From Candidatus Fimenecus sp. (GTDB lineage: Bacteria > Bacillota > Clostridia > Oscillospirales > Acutalibacteraceae), in contig JAZSFK010000028.1 in NCBI GenBank assembly GCA_045532175.1, positions 11,752 to 75,751 of the forward strand: DNA of 64,000 bases, read 5' to 3'. A program made the translations under genes and the position numbers. Positions 44,318 to 54,727 of this stretch are shown piece by piece. Position 1 is the first letter of the stretch, and every line of letters starts with the position of its first letter. The notes below the pieces were generated by a model that searched no databases, was not told the DNA's origin, and saw only the letters and a program-made list of their open reading frames with translations.

Positions 44318-45176
44318 TAATCAAAAACAAATTGTTCAATGGTTTCCTGGCCATATGGCAAAAACACGTCGCCTTATTAAAGAAAGCCTACCTCTTGTTG
44401 ATGGTGTAACTGAAATTATAGACGCAAGGATACCATATAGCAGTTCAAATCCTGAATTGGAGGAACTGATAAACAATAAACCTCGTATAGTTCTTTTGAA
44501 TAAATGTGACCTAGCCGATAAGAATACAACTAATAAATGGATAGAGTATTACAAAAGAAAAGATGTTTGTGCCATACCTGTTGATTGCCGTACAGGAAAA
44601 GGACTTAATAATTATATTGTTGCTGTGCGTGATGTTTTAAAAAATGTTATTAAGAAAAATGAAGATAGAGGTATGCCCGGAAAAGCCTTGAGGATTATGG
44701 TTGTAGGTATTCCTAACACAGGCAAATCATCTTTTATCAATCGTATGGCAGGAACTTCAAAGGCGAAGGTTGCTGATAAAGCTGGTGTCACAAGGCATAA
44801 TCAGTGGTTTCCAATTGGCAATGGTATAGAGTTGCTTGACACCCCTGGTGTTTTATGGCCTAAATTTGACGACCCGAAGGTAGGAGACAGACTTGCATTC
44901 ATTGGTTCGGTAAAAGATGAAATCCTTGATGCCGAAACTTTAGCAATCAGACTTTTAGAGGTTATGAAAAATGACTATCCTGAAAGGTTAATTGAAAGAT
45001 ATAAAATAGATGGTTTTGCTGATAAAGAGGCTTGGGAAGTCCTTGAGCTGATTGGTAAAAAACGCGGAATGATGATAAAGGGCGGAGAAATTGACTATGA
45101 AAGAGCCTCGGTAATGCTTCTTGATGAATATCGTGGCGGAAGACTTGGTTTGATTACTCTTGAAAAACCGGAGTAG
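44310..45176 (+). CDS. rbgA: Ribosome biogenesis GTPase A (YlqF/RbgA)
   Basis: Start MADNQKQIVQWFPGHMAKT after GGAGG. Circularly permuted GTPase motifs NKCDL, GIPNTGKSS and DTPG. Confidence 0.92.
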   Translation: MADNQKQIVQWFPGHMAKTRRLIKESLPLVDGVTEIIDARIPYSSSNPELEELINNKPRIVLLNKCDLADKNTTNKWIEYYKRKDVCAIPVDCRTGKGLNNYIVAVRDVLKNVIKKNEDRGMPGKALRIMVVGIPNTGKSSFINRMAGTSKAKVADKAGVTRHNQWFPIGNGIELLDTPGVLWPKFDDPKVGDRLAFIGSVKDEILDAETLAIRLLEVMKNDYPERLIERYKIDGFADKEAWEVLELIGKKRGMMIKGGEIDYERASVMLLDEYRGGRLGLITLEKPE

Positions 45177-45180
45177 AATT

Positions 45181-45786
45181 ATGGATTATTTATTTGAGCA
45201 AAATGCTCTTAATGCAGGGTATAAAGTAATATGCGGAATAGATGAGGCAGGTCGCGGACCATTAGCAGGCCCCGTACACGCAGCAACCGTTATATTACCC
45301 ATAGGTCTTGAAATAGAGGGGCTTAATGATTCAAAGAAATTAAGCGAGAAAAAAAGAGAACAGCTTTTTGACGTGATTTGTGAAAAAGCCATTGATTATT
45401 CAATAGGAATTGCCACTGAAAAGGAGATTGATGAAATCAATATTCTTAATGCAACTTTTTTAGCTATGCACAGAGCAGTAGAAGGTCTTAAGATTAAGCC
45501 TGATTATGCTTTGATTGATGGCAATCAATATCCAAAAATTCCTTTTGTGGCTGAAGAAACTGTTGTTAAAGGTGATGCGAAAAGCATGTCTGTTGCTGCT
45601 GCATCAATTCTTGCAAAGGTTAGTCGTGACAGATTTATGCTTGAAAAAGCAAAGGAATATCCGCAGTATCAATTTGAAAAGCATAAGGGATATGGTACAA
45701 AATTGCATTATGAAATGTTAGCAGAATACGGACCGTCACCTATACACCGAATGACATTTTTAAAAAAATTGTATGGTGAAAAGTAA
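45181..45786 (+). CDS. rnhB: Ribonuclease HII
   Basis: Motifs GIDEAGRGPLAGPV, DSKKLS and GYG. RBS GGAG. Confidence 0.92.
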   Translation: MDYLFEQNALNAGYKVICGIDEAGRGPLAGPVHAATVILPIGLEIEGLNDSKKLSEKKREQLFDVICEKAIDYSIGIATEKEIDEINILNATFLAMHRAVEGLKIKPDYALIDGNQYPKIPFVAEETVVKGDAKSMSVAAASILAKVSRDRFMLEKAKEYPQYQFEKHKGYGTKLHYEMLAEYGPSPIHRMTFLKKLYGEK

Positions 45787-46152
45787 ATGGATAAAGCACT
45801 ATTAGGCGAATATGGAGAAATTATCGCTGCTCGATATTTAATATCACATGGATATCTGATTATTTCGTCTAATTATAATCGTAAATTAGGCGAAATTGAT
45901 TTAATTGCTGAGGATAGAAAAAATATTTGCTTTGTCGAGGTTAAAACCAGAAGTGAAAATATGATTTCAACACCGGCAGATGCAGTGGATTTTGCAAAAA
46001 GGGAACGTATTATAGCCACGTCCCAACTGTTTTTAAAGGATTATAATCTAAACAGACAACCAAGATATGATATAATTGAAGTGTATTTCAAAGGCGATGA
46101 GCCTCAAAAACTTAATCACATTGAAAATGCCTTTGATTTTTATGGTAAATAA
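45787..46152 (+). CDS. yraN: YraN family (UPF0102) endonuclease-like protein
   Basis: 121 aa. Motifs GE..A..YL...GY.I...N......GEIDLIA and FVEVKTR. Confidence 0.85.
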   Translation: MDKALLGEYGEIIAARYLISHGYLIISSNYNRKLGEIDLIAEDRKNICFVEVKTRSENMISTPADAVDFAKRERIIATSQLFLKDYNLNRQPRYDIIEVYFKGDEPQKLNHIENAFDFYGK

Positions 46153-46209
46153 TTGTTGAAAATTGAGTATTATTATGATAGAATACCACACGAAAAGGAA
46201 GTGTTTTAA

Positions 46210-47703
46210 ATGTTTTATACAAGTACAAGAGATAAATCAGTTAAGGTAACAGCCGCTGAGGCTATTGCAAAGGGAATCTCATCAGAAGGCGGACTTTTTG
46301 TTCCTACTGAAATTCCTGCAATTACACCTGAATTTATCGAAAATCTTGTTCCAATGACTTATATAGAAAGAGCAAAAGAAGTTCTTAAACTCTATCTCAC
46401 AGATTTTACTGAAGAAGAGCTTTCTATGTGCGTAGAAGGTGCATATAAGGCAGGAAAATTCAGTTCTGAAAAGGTTGCTCCTTTATATAAATTATCAGAT
46501 AAAGCAAACGTGCTTGAACTTTGGAGAGGACCAACTTGTGCGTTCAAAGATATGGCTCTTCAACTTCTTCCGTATCTTCTTACTGTTTCAGCAGGTAAGA
46601 CAGTAAAGGATACTGAAATCGTTATTCTTGTTGCAACATCAGGTGATACAGGTAAGGCTGCACTTGAAGGCTTTGCAGACGTTCCAAACACAAAAATTCT
46701 TGTTTTCTATCCTGTTGATGGTGTTAGTCCAATGCAGAAACTTCAAATGACAACACAGGAAGGTAACAACGTAAGTGTTTGTGCCATTGAAGGAAACTTT
46801 GATGATGCACAGAGTGGTGTTAAGAAAATATTTACAGATAAAGATATTGAAAAGAAATTCAAGGAAAATGGTCTTGCATTTTCTTCAGCTAATTCAATTA
46901 ACTGGGGCCGTCTTGTTCCGCAGATTGTTTACTATGTATCAGCATACTGTGATATGATAGAAAATGGTGAACTCAAAAATGGCGAAGAAATGAATGTGGT
47001 CGTTCCGACAGGTAACTTTGGTAACATTCTTGCTGCTTACTATGCAAAGAGAATGGGTGTACCTGTTAAGACACTTATTTGTGCTTCAAACGCCAATAAT
47101 GTTCTTACCGATTTCTTGACAAGTGGTACTTATGATAAAAACAGAGATTTCTATTGTACAACTTCTCCTTCAATGGATATTCTTATTTCAAGTAACCTTG
47201 AGAGACTTCTTTTCCACCTTTGTGGTGAGAATGACGTTCAGGTTGCAGAATGGATGGCATCACTTAATACCGATGGTAAATATACCGTTTCTGCGGATGT
47301 TGCTGAAAAAGTTAAAGTATTATTTGCAGCAGGTTGCTGTGATGATGAGGAAACAAAAGCAACAATTGGCAAGGTGTTCAGTGAAAAGAACTATCTTTGT
47401 GACACTCATACTGCAGTTGCAGTTAAGGTGTATGATGATTATGTAGAGAAAACAGGGGATAATACACCTACTGTTATCGCATCAACAGCAAACCCATACA
47501 AATTCTCTGCAAGTGTTCTTGCTGCAATCACAGATGAAATTAAAGCAGATAATGAGTTTGATATGGTTGATGAACTCTTCCAGAAGTCAAATGAGCCTGT
47601 ACCTCAGCAACTTGCAACTCTTAAAGGCAAAGAGCCTCGTTTCACAAGAGTAAGCAAAAAAGAAGATATGAAACAGGTTGTTTTTGATATGTTAGGCATA
47701 TAA
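46210..47703 (+). CDS. thrC: Threonine synthase (long form)
   Basis: MFYTSTRD.. N-terminus, PLP-lysine block GPTCAFKDMALQ, and TSGDTG. 497 aa. Confidence 0.9.
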   Translation: MFYTSTRDKSVKVTAAEAIAKGISSEGGLFVPTEIPAITPEFIENLVPMTYIERAKEVLKLYLTDFTEEELSMCVEGAYKAGKFSSEKVAPLYKLSDKANVLELWRGPTCAFKDMALQLLPYLLTVSAGKTVKDTEIVILVATSGDTGKAALEGFADVPNTKILVFYPVDGVSPMQKLQMTTQEGNNVSVCAIEGNFDDAQSGVKKIFTDKDIEKKFKENGLAFSSANSINWGRLVPQIVYYVSAYCDMIENGELKNGEEMNVVVPTGNFGNILAAYYAKRMGVPVKTLICASNANNVLTDFLTSGTYDKNRDFYCTTSPSMDILISSNLERLLFHLCGENDVQVAEWMASLNTDGKYTVSADVAEKVKVLFAAGCCDDEETKATIGKVFSEKNYLCDTHTAVAVKVYDDYVEKTGDNTPTVIASTANPYKFSASVLAAITDEIKADNEFDMVDELFQKSNEPVPQQLATLKGKEPRFTRVSKKEDMKQVVFDMLGI

Positions 47704-47718
47704 GCCCGAAATACTGAT

Positions 47719-47750
47719 GCGGAAACCGGGTTAATTCGGTTTCCGCTTTT
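47719..47750. terminator. Terminator between convergent thrC and the DUF1540 gene
   Basis: GCGGAAACCG / CGGTTTCCGC stem followed by TTTT. Confidence 0.75.
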
Positions 47751-47754
47751 GATT

Positions 47755-47919
47755 TTATTCTACGTCAGAAACCTTCAATTTAAAGGTTGAGCATCTTGTG
47801 TCATCACAAGAACAAGCACTGTGTGTTCCTACTTTAATGCCGTTAGCAGTGCAATTCATGTGACCGTCGTTGAATGTGCAATGACAAGCATCGCAAGTAA
47901 TATTCTTATTCTTATCCAT
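47755..47919 (-). CDS. DUF1540-type small Cys-rich protein (spore-associated family)
   Basis: RBS AAAGGAGGAA. Sequence MDKNKNITCDACHCTFNDGHMNCTANGIKVGTHSACSCDDTRCSTFKLKVSDVE (54 aa), below the track cutoff. It overlaps the spurious 5' extension of track ORF 47821..48678. Confidence 0.65.
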   Translation of the reverse strand: MDKNKNITCDACHCTFNDGHMNCTANGIKVGTHSACSCDDTRCSTFKLKVSDVE

Positions 47920-47985
47920 TTTCATTTCCTCCTTTCAGATTTATTTTTTGAAGGAAAATCATATTTATTCGTTGGAGATAAAATT

Positions 47986-48678
47986 ATGTCCGTTTATGTA
48001 ATTGGTGATACTCATTTATCATTTTCAGTTGATAAGCCTATGGATATTTTCAAGGGCTGGGACGATTATGCCCAAAGACTTGAGAATAATTGGCAAAGAC
48101 TTATTACTAATGATGATACAGTTATAATAAATGGCGACGTTTCATGGGCAATGGGACTTGATGAAGCCGAAAAGGATTTTGAATTTTTGAATAATCTTAA
48201 GGGCACAAAAATCATTTCCAAGGGCAACCACGATTATTGGTGGAATACAATTACAAAAATGGAAAAATTTTGTGATGAAAAAGGCTTTCATACAATAAAA
48301 TTTCTCCATAATAGTGCATATAGAATAGGGGATATTTCTATTGCGGGTACACGTGGCTGGTTTTATGATGCTGAAAGTGAAAATGTTGATAAAGTAATGG
48401 CTCGTGAATGTGCAAGGCTTCAACGTTCAATAGATGAAGCTAAAAAACTTGGCGGAGAGGTTGTTGCATTTTTACATTATCCACCAATCAGTTTGACAAG
48501 AAAATGTGAGCCGATTTTAGATGTTTTAAAGGAGAATAACATTGAAAGATGCTTTTATGGTCATCTTCATGGCGGAGCAATAAAAGGCGCAGTCAATGGT
48601 AAAGTAGAAGGTATAGATTTCCGCCTTGTTTCAGCAGATTTTTTAGAATTTTGCCCTTATCTTGTTAATTTAGAATAA
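47986..48678 (+). CDS. Metallophosphoesterase
   Basis: ATG 47986 after GGAGA. Motifs VIGDTHLS, NGDVSW, KGNHDYWW and GHLHG. Confidence 0.75.
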   Translation: MSVYVIGDTHLSFSVDKPMDIFKGWDDYAQRLENNWQRLITNDDTVIINGDVSWAMGLDEAEKDFEFLNNLKGTKIISKGNHDYWWNTITKMEKFCDEKGFHTIKFLHNSAYRIGDISIAGTRGWFYDAESENVDKVMARECARLQRSIDEAKKLGGEVVAFLHYPPISLTRKCEPILDVLKENNIERCFYGHLHGGAIKGAVNGKVEGIDFRLVSADFLEFCPYLVNLE

Positions 48679-48824
48679 ATTTTCTTTAAAATATTGCCAA
48701 AAGTTTCTTTTTTACAAGAAAAACTTAAGGAAAATATTGTATTTATATTTTTAATGTGATATAATATCATGAATATTGCGGTAATATAAACACAATAAAC
48801 AATAATATTCAGGAGGAATATTTG

Positions 48825-50210
48825 ATGTTAAAGTCAACAAACAATGTAGAAACAAATGTCTACGAACTTGAAATCACTGTAGATGGTGAAAAATTTGAGG
48901 CTGCTGTTCAGAAGGCATATCTCAAAGAAAGAAAAAATATCACTATCAAGGGCTTCAGAAAGGGTAAGGCTCCAAGAAACTTCATCGAAAAGATGTATGG
49001 TGAAGGTGTTTTCTATGAAGATGCGCTTGAAATTCTTTATCCTGAGGTTGTTAGTGAAGCAATTATCGAGTCAAAGCTTGAAGTTGTTGGAACTCCTTAT
49101 GACCTTGAGGTACCTGAAATCGGTAAAGATGGTGTAGTTTTAAAGCTTAAGGTTGCTGTTAAGCCTGAAGTTAAACTTGGTGAATATAAGGGTATTCAAG
49201 CAACAAGACCGGCATGCAAAGTATCAGCAGACGAAGTAAAATCTGAACTTGCAAGAATGCAGGAACAGAATTCAAGAATGATTAGTGTTGACAACAGAGC
49301 TGTTAAGAAGAATGATACAGCTGTTATCGACTTCGAAGGCTTTGTTGATGGTGTTGCATTTGACGGTGGCAAGGCAGAAAACTATGACCTTGTTATTGGT
49401 AGCGGTTCATTCATTCCGGGCTTTGAAGACCAGATTATCGGTCATAAGGTTGGCGAGGAATTTGACGTAAATGTTACATTCCCTGCAGAATATCAGGAAA
49501 ACCTTGCTTCAAAGGACGCAGTTTTCAAGATTAAGCTTCATGAAATCAAGGTGAAGGAGCTTCCTGCTCTTGACGACGAATTTGCAAAGGATGTTAGCGA
49601 ATTTGATACTCTTGATGAACTTAAAAAGAGTGTAAAAGCACAGCTTGAAGAAGCAAAGAAAGCAGATGCTGACAATAAGGTAGTTAACGACCTTCTTGAA
49701 GAGGTTGTTAAGGGTGTTGAAGTTGAAATTCCTGCAGTTATGGTTGAGGAAGAGATTGATAATATCGTAAATAACTTTGATTACAGACTTCAGTCACAGG
49801 GACTTAATCTTAATACATACCTTTCATATACAGGTATGGAAATGTCTGCTTTCAGAGATGGCTACAAAGAAAATGCAGAGGCACAGGTTAAACTCAGCCT
49901 TGCTATTGAAGCAATCGTTAAGGCAGAGGGCATTGAAGCTACTGAGGACGAAATCAATGCTGAATATGAAAACCTTGCAAAGACATACGGTATGGATGTT
50001 GATGCAGTTAAGAAGGCAATTCCTGCTGATTCTCTTGCAGGTGACATCAAGTCAAAGAAAGCAATCGACTTTGTGAAAGACAATGCAAAGATTACTGACG
50101 AAAAAGCTCCTGCAAAGAAAACAACAAAGAAAGCAGAGGATGATGCAGAAAAACCTGCAAAGAAACCTGCTGCAAAGAAAACAACAAAGAAATCAGCTGA
50201 CGCTGAATAA
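48825..50210 (+). CDS. tig: Trigger factor with a Lys/Ala-rich C-terminal tail
   Basis: Ribosome-binding signature GFRKGKAP, a central FKBP-type PPIase (IDFEGFVDGVAFDGG), and a tail APAKKTTKKAEDDAEKPAKKPAAKKTTKKSADAE. Upstream of clpP-clpX. Confidence 0.92.
   Translation: MLKSTNNVETNVYELEITVDGEKFEAAVQKAYLKERKNITIKGFRKGKAPRNFIEKMYGEGVFYEDALEILYPEVVSEAIIESKLEVVGTPYDLEVPEIGKDGVVLKLKVAVKPEVKLGEYKGIQATRPACKVSADEVKSELARMQEQNSRMISVDNRAVKKNDTAVIDFEGFVDGVAFDGGKAENYDLVIGSGSFIPGFEDQIIGHKVGEEFDVNVTFPAEYQENLASKDAVFKIKLHEIKVKELPALDDEFAKDVSEFDTLDELKKSVKAQLEEAKKADADNKVVNDLLEEVVKGVEVEIPAVMVEEEIDNIVNNFDYRLQSQGLNLNTYLSYTGMEMSAFRDGYKENAEAQVKLSLAIEAIVKAEGIEATEDEINAEYENLAKTYGMDVDAVKKAIPADSLAGDIKSKKAIDFVKDNAKITDEKAPAKKTTKKAEDDAEKPAKKPAAKKTTKKSADAE
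50110..50192 (+). repeat. Direct repeat inside the tig 3' end
   Basis: The 23-nt string CTGCAAAGAAAACAACAAAGAAA occurs exactly at 50110-50132 and 50170-50192 (60-nt register), encoding AKKTTKK twice. Confidence 0.85.
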
Positions 50211-50298
50211 TTTATATGTTTAAGTGTTGAAGAATTGTCCAATAATTATTAGGACAATTCTTTAATGCTTTTCAAAGATATTGAATGGAGGTTATATT

Positions 50299-50880
50299 AT
50301 GGCACTTGTACCATACGTTGTTGAACAGACAAACAGAGGGGAAAGACAGTACGATATTTTTTCAAGACTTTTAAATGACAGAATTATCGTTTTGTCAGAT
50401 GAGGTAAATGATGCAACCGCATCTTTGGTTGTAGCACAGTTGCTTTATCTTGAGGGACAGGATAGCGAAAAAGATATTAGCCTTTATATTAACAGCCCCG
50501 GTGGTTCAGTTTCCGCGGGACTTGCAATCTATGACACAATGCAGTACATTAAGTGCGATGTGTCAACCATTTGTATGGGTATGGCTGCAAGTATGGGTGC
50601 ATTCTTGCTTTCATCCGGTGCAAAAGGTAAGAGATATGCTCTTCCTAATAGTGAAATTATGATTCATCAGCCACTTGGTGGTGCTCAGGGTCAGGCAAGT
50701 GATATTAAAATTGCTGCCGAGCATATTTTAAGAACAAGAGAAAAACTCAATAAAATCCTTGCTGAAAATACGGGTAAACCTGTAGAACAGATTGCAATTG
50801 ATACAGAAAGAGATAATTGGCTCTCTGCACAGGAAGCAATGGATTATGGTATTGTTGACAAAGTTTTCTATAAGAGATAA
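50299..50880 (+). CDS. clpP: ATP-dependent Clp protease proteolytic subunit
   Basis: [32 protein letters not shown] (Ser) and IMIHQP (His). RBS GGAGG. Confidence 0.95.
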   Translation: MALVPYVVEQTNRGERQYDIFSRLLNDRIIVLSDEVNDATASLVVAQLLYLEGQDSEKDISLYINSPGGSVSAGLAIYDTMQYIKCDVSTICMGMAASMGAFLLSSGAKGKRYALPNSEIMIHQPLGGAQGQASDIKIAAEHILRTREKLNKILAENTGKPVEQIAIDTERDNWLSAQEAMDYGIVDKVFYKR

Positions 50881-50903
50881 TCTTACCAACAAGGAGATTT
50901 GTT

Positions 50904-52217
50904 ATGGCAAGAGATAACGATAAGGAAAGAAATGTAAGATGTTCTTTTTGTGGCAAAACACAGGAACAGGTTGATAAGCTTATTGCCGGTCCGGGTGTAT
51001 ACATTTGTGATGAGTGTATAGAACTTTGTATGGGAATAATTGACGAAAATACAGAGTCCTCACACAAGAATCACGGTAAAAAGGTTAAGCTTGAAGAAAG
51101 AGTCTTACCAAAGCCACAAGAAATAAAAGCAAAGCTTGATGAATATGTTGTTGGTCAGGATGCTGCAAAAAAAGCATTGAGCGTTGCTGTTTATAATCAT
51201 TATAAGAGAATATACCACGGTTCTGATAATGGTGTGGAGATTCAAAAGAGTAATGTTGTGCTTTTGGGACCTACAGGTGTTGGTAAAACAGTTCTTGCAC
51301 AGACTCTTGCAAAGATTATTGATGTTCCGTTCGCCATTGCCGATGCAACAACACTTACAGAAGCAGGTTATGTTGGTGAAGATGTTGAGAATATTCTTCT
51401 TCGTCTTATTCAAGCTGCAGATTTTGATATTGAAAAGGCTGAGTGTGGCATAATCTATGTTGATGAAATTGACAAGATTGCCCGTAAGAGTGAGAACCCG
51501 TCAATCACACGTGATGTAAGTGGTGAGGGTGTTCAGCAAGCACTTCTTAAAATACTTGAAGGAACAGTTTCCAATGTACCTCCACAGGGTGGAAGAAAAC
51601 ATCCTCAACAGGAATTTATACAGATTGACACATCCAATATTCTGTTTATCTGTGGCGGTGCTTTTGACGGAATTGAAAAAATCGTTGAAAAACGTGCCGG
51701 AAATTCAGGACTTGGATTTGGTGCTGATATCAAGAACAAGGCGCAGTTTCAGGAGGAAGATGTTTATTCAAAGGTGATTGCACAAGACCTTGTTAAATTT
51801 GGCTTGATTCCTGAACTTGTAGGACGTGTTCCTGTAATTACAGCATTACAGCAGCTTTCAAAAGAAGATTTAATCAGAATCCTTTCTGAACCTAAAAATG
51901 CACTATTAAAACAGTTTAAAGCGTTGTTTAATATGGATGATGTTGAACTTGAGTTTACTGATGATGCTCTTAATGCTATTGCAGAGCTCACGCTTGAAAA
52001 GAAAACCGGTGCGCGTGGCCTTCGCGGTATAATGGAAGGTGTTCTTATGAATATTATGTATGAAACACCGTCAGACCATACAATTTCAAAGGTTATAATT
52101 ACAAAGGAATGTGTAACTGATAAGGCTTTGCCGGAAGTTATACACGATGATAGCAGAACGCCTAATGTTTTATTGTCAAAAAAACTCAATAAAACGAATT
52201 CAAAAAAGGCAATATAA
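50904..52217 (+). CDS. clpX: ATP-dependent Clp protease ATP-binding subunit ClpX
   Basis: Zinc finger CSFCGK..CDEC, Walker [17 protein letters not shown] and GARGLR. Confidence 0.95.
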   Translation: MARDNDKERNVRCSFCGKTQEQVDKLIAGPGVYICDECIELCMGIIDENTESSHKNHGKKVKLEERVLPKPQEIKAKLDEYVVGQDAAKKALSVAVYNHYKRIYHGSDNGVEIQKSNVVLLGPTGVGKTVLAQTLAKIIDVPFAIADATTLTEAGYVGEDVENILLRLIQAADFDIEKAECGIIYVDEIDKIARKSENPSITRDVSGEGVQQALLKILEGTVSNVPPQGGRKHPQQEFIQIDTSNILFICGGAFDGIEKIVEKRAGNSGLGFGADIKNKAQFQEEDVYSKVIAQDLVKFGLIPELVGRVPVITALQQLSKEDLIRILSEPKNALLKQFKALFNMDDVELEFTDDALNAIAELTLEKKTGARGLRGIMEGVLMNIMYETPSDHTISKVIITKECVTDKALPEVIHDDSRTPNVLLSKKLNKTNSKKAI

Positions 52218-52270
52218 ATTAAAAAGCCACGGGTAACCGTGGCTTATAATTTAAGGTGGCGTATATACAT

Positions 52271-53158
52271 ATGAAGACTAAAATAAAATCAACAGCTTTG
52301 TTGTTTCTTACAGCAATAATATGGGGCTTTGCTTTTGTAGCTCAAAGAGTAGGTGCGGATTTTGTCGGTGCATTTACATTTAATGGTATAAGATTTTTAT
52401 TGGGTGCTTGTTCTTTGATTCCCGTTATTATAATATTTGAAAAAGATAAAATGAATCTCAATAATCTGAAAAAGGCTGTAGTACCGGGAATTTTGGCGGG
52501 TGTGATTTTGTTTATAGCATCAACATTACAACAATATGGTGTTGAAATAACCCAGAGTGCAGGTAAAGCGGGATTTTTGACAGGGCTTTACACAGTTTTA
52601 GTACCATTAATAAGATTCGCGTTAGGTAAAAAGACCGGTATTCTGACATTTGTTGGTGCAGTTTTTGCGGTTGCCGGCTTGTTCCTACTGTGCGTGACCG
52701 GAGATGATATTTCCTTTGGTATTGGGGATATAATATTAATAATCGGTGCCTTTTTCTGGGCTGGACATATTCTGGTTGTTGATAAGTATGTTAATGGGTT
52801 AAGTCCCTTAAAATTCAGTTTGATTCAATTTTTGGTGTGTGGTGTCCTTAGTATCGTATTTGCCCTGATTCTTGAGGATATTAGTTTTGTTGCTATCAGG
52901 AGTGCCGGAATACCAATTCTCTATGGTGGGCTTATGTCCGTCGGTGTGGCTTATACTTGTCAGATAATAGGACAAAAAGATGCTGACCCAACCTTTGCAT
53001 CAATCGTATTTTCAACTGAATCTGTTTTTAGTGCAATAGGCGGAGCAATAATACTTAACGAGATAATGAGTGGCAGAGGATATTTAGGCTGTGTGCTTAT
53101 ATTTATAGGTATTGTTTTGTCTCAGTTAAATATTGATTCGTTTAAGAAAAAAGCGTAG
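52271..53158 (+). CDS. DMT superfamily (EamA-type) transporter
   Basis: 10 TM segments in two EamA-like halves. The ORF is also open from GTG 52256. Confidence 0.7.
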   Translation: MKTKIKSTALLFLTAIIWGFAFVAQRVGADFVGAFTFNGIRFLLGACSLIPVIIIFEKDKMNLNNLKKAVVPGILAGVILFIASTLQQYGVEITQSAGKAGFLTGLYTVLVPLIRFALGKKTGILTFVGAVFAVAGLFLLCVTGDDISFGIGDIILIIGAFFWAGHILVVDKYVNGLSPLKFSLIQFLVCGVLSIVFALILEDISFVAIRSAGIPILYGGLMSVGVAYTCQIIGQKDADPTFASIVFSTESVFSAIGGAIILNEIMSGRGYLGCVLIFIGIVLSQLNIDSFKKKA

Positions 53159-53198
53159 TTACAAAAATGACACATTTATTACAGATTATCCCAATTTG

Positions 53199-53227
53199 TT
53201 GACAAATATGTCGCTTTTAAGTAAAAT
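53199..53227 (+). promoter_or_regulatory. Sigma-A type promoter for the sugar-transferase gene
   Basis: TTGACA (53199-204), 17-nt spacer, TAAAAT (53222-27). Confidence 0.5.
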
Positions 53228-53259
53228 ATCCGTAGTATAAATACCTTTCGGAGGCAATT

Positions 53260-54630
53260 ATGAAGATATTATACAGATTTCAGAAAACGCTTGTTTTTTT
53301 AATGAAGTCTTTAATGTATTTTTTAGTAGGATTAACATTCTTCCTTATTTTCGGGACAGAAAACGAATGGATTTTACATTTATCAAGAACAACAGGTGTT
53401 ACACTTGTTACTTTTTGCGTTGTTGAAATTGCTCTTGTATCTGTGTACGGAGGATATGCAATAGGAAGATTGAAGAGTAAGCCAATCATCACTTCTTTAT
53501 CCTTGGCAACAATAGTAACTGACCTGGTAACACACCTTCAGTTATGTATTATGAATGTTAATGCAAATAACAACGACCACTTTGTTTATGAATCACCACA
53601 TTTATTATTGCTTGTAATGGTAATTCAGATATTTTTGATAGTTCTTTTTACCTATTTTGGTAATTGGGTGTATTTTACAATAAATCCACCTGAAAAATGT
53701 TGTGTTATTACAAGTTCTGTTGAATCATTGAACAATGTAATGCCCAAAATTACAAGATACAAGAAACAGTATGATGTCGTTGATATGATTCATTATACTA
53801 ATAAGAGAGTTTTTGATATTATAAATAATAATGATACAATATTTATTTATGATGTCCCTTCAAAGCAGAAGACATTGTTTACAGAGTATTGCTATGCTAA
53901 CAATAAGAATGTTTATTCGAATTTTGAAATGACAGACGTTGTTAACCTGGGTGCGAAAACTGTTGTACTTGACGATAAACCAATGGTTTCCGCGGTTGTC
54001 AGAGAGTTGACATTCGAACAGCGATTTATTAAGCGTACAATGGATATTGTAATATCTCTTTGCGGTCTTATTGTTCTGAGTCCTGTTATGCTTGTTACTG
54101 CTTTGCTTATTAAACTTGAAGATGGTGGCAAGATTTTCTTCCGTCAAAGACGTGCAACAAAGGGCGGAAAACTTTTTGAAGTTTATAAATTCAGAACAAT
54201 GAAGGAAGCAGGAAGTATAAATCAATCAGCAAAGTCAGATGATGACCGTATTACAAAGGTTGGTAAATATCTTCGTAAATTCCGCATTGACGAATTACCA
54301 CAACTCATAAACATTCTTAAGGGCGAAATGAGTGTTGTGGGTCCAAGACCTGAAATGGTTGAAAATGTTGATAAATATACGGCAGAATTGCCTGAATTTT
54401 CATACAGACTTAAAGTAAAAGGCGGACTTACAGGTCACGCACAGATTGCCGGTAAATATAATACTTCCCCTAAGGACAAGCTTGTTCTTGATTTGATGTA
54501 TATTGAAAAGTATAGTCTTTGGCTTGATTTTAAGTTGATTATGCAGACAGTTACTGTTTTCTTCAAAGCAGGAGATAGTACCTCAGGATTTGATGGTAAG
54601 AATAACAATGAATATAATTTCACAGAATAA
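53260..54630 (+). CDS. Polyprenyl-phosphate glycosyl-1-phosphate (priming) sugar transferase, WbaP/EpsL-type
   Basis: N-terminal multi-TM region. The C-terminal bacterial sugar transferase domain has KRTMDIVISL.GLI.LSP, FRQRR, YKFRTM, DELPQLINILKGEMSVVGPRP and IEKYSLWLDFKLI. Confidence 0.85.
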   Translation: MKILYRFQKTLVFLMKSLMYFLVGLTFFLIFGTENEWILHLSRTTGVTLVTFCVVEIALVSVYGGYAIGRLKSKPIITSLSLATIVTDLVTHLQLCIMNVNANNNDHFVYESPHLLLLVMVIQIFLIVLFTYFGNWVYFTINPPEKCCVITSSVESLNNVMPKITRYKKQYDVVDMIHYTNKRVFDIINNNDTIFIYDVPSKQKTLFTEYCYANNKNVYSNFEMTDVVNLGAKTVVLDDKPMVSAVVRELTFEQRFIKRTMDIVISLCGLIVLSPVMLVTALLIKLEDGGKIFFRQRRATKGGKLFEVYKFRTMKEAGSINQSAKSDDDRITKVGKYLRKFRIDELPQLINILKGEMSVVGPRPEMVENVDKYTAELPEFSYRLKVKGGLTGHAQIAGKYNTSPKDKLVLDLMYIEKYSLWLDFKLIMQTVTVFFKAGDSTSGFDGKNNNEYNFTE

Positions 54631-54660
54631 AGAGTGTTTATTACACTCTTTTTTCTTTTT
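54629..54660 (+). terminator. Terminator after the sugar-transferase gene
   Basis: AGAGTGT / ACACTCT stem followed by a long T-run. Confidence 0.65.
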
Positions 54661-54727
54661 AATATTGTTAATGGTAAATGTTTATGATATAATTATAAGA
54701 TGAAAAAATTACATTTATGGTGTTAAA

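Noticed and set aside
46153-46209. T-box or other leader upstream of thrC
   Set aside because: The gap is only 57 nt, which is too short for a T-box or amino-acid riboswitch, and no specifier or terminator structure is visible.
47821-47985. Long N-terminal extension of the metallophosphoesterase ORF
   Set aside because: The extension has no RBS and overlaps a better-supported minus-strand DUF1540 gene. The conserved GDTH motif begins right after the ATG at 47986, which does have an RBS.
49862-50242. 126-aa minus-strand ORF antisense to the tig 3' end
   Set aside because: It is a mirror image of the Lys/Ala-rich coding repeat of trigger factor (it reads as an Ala/Phe/Ser-rich string). No RBS.
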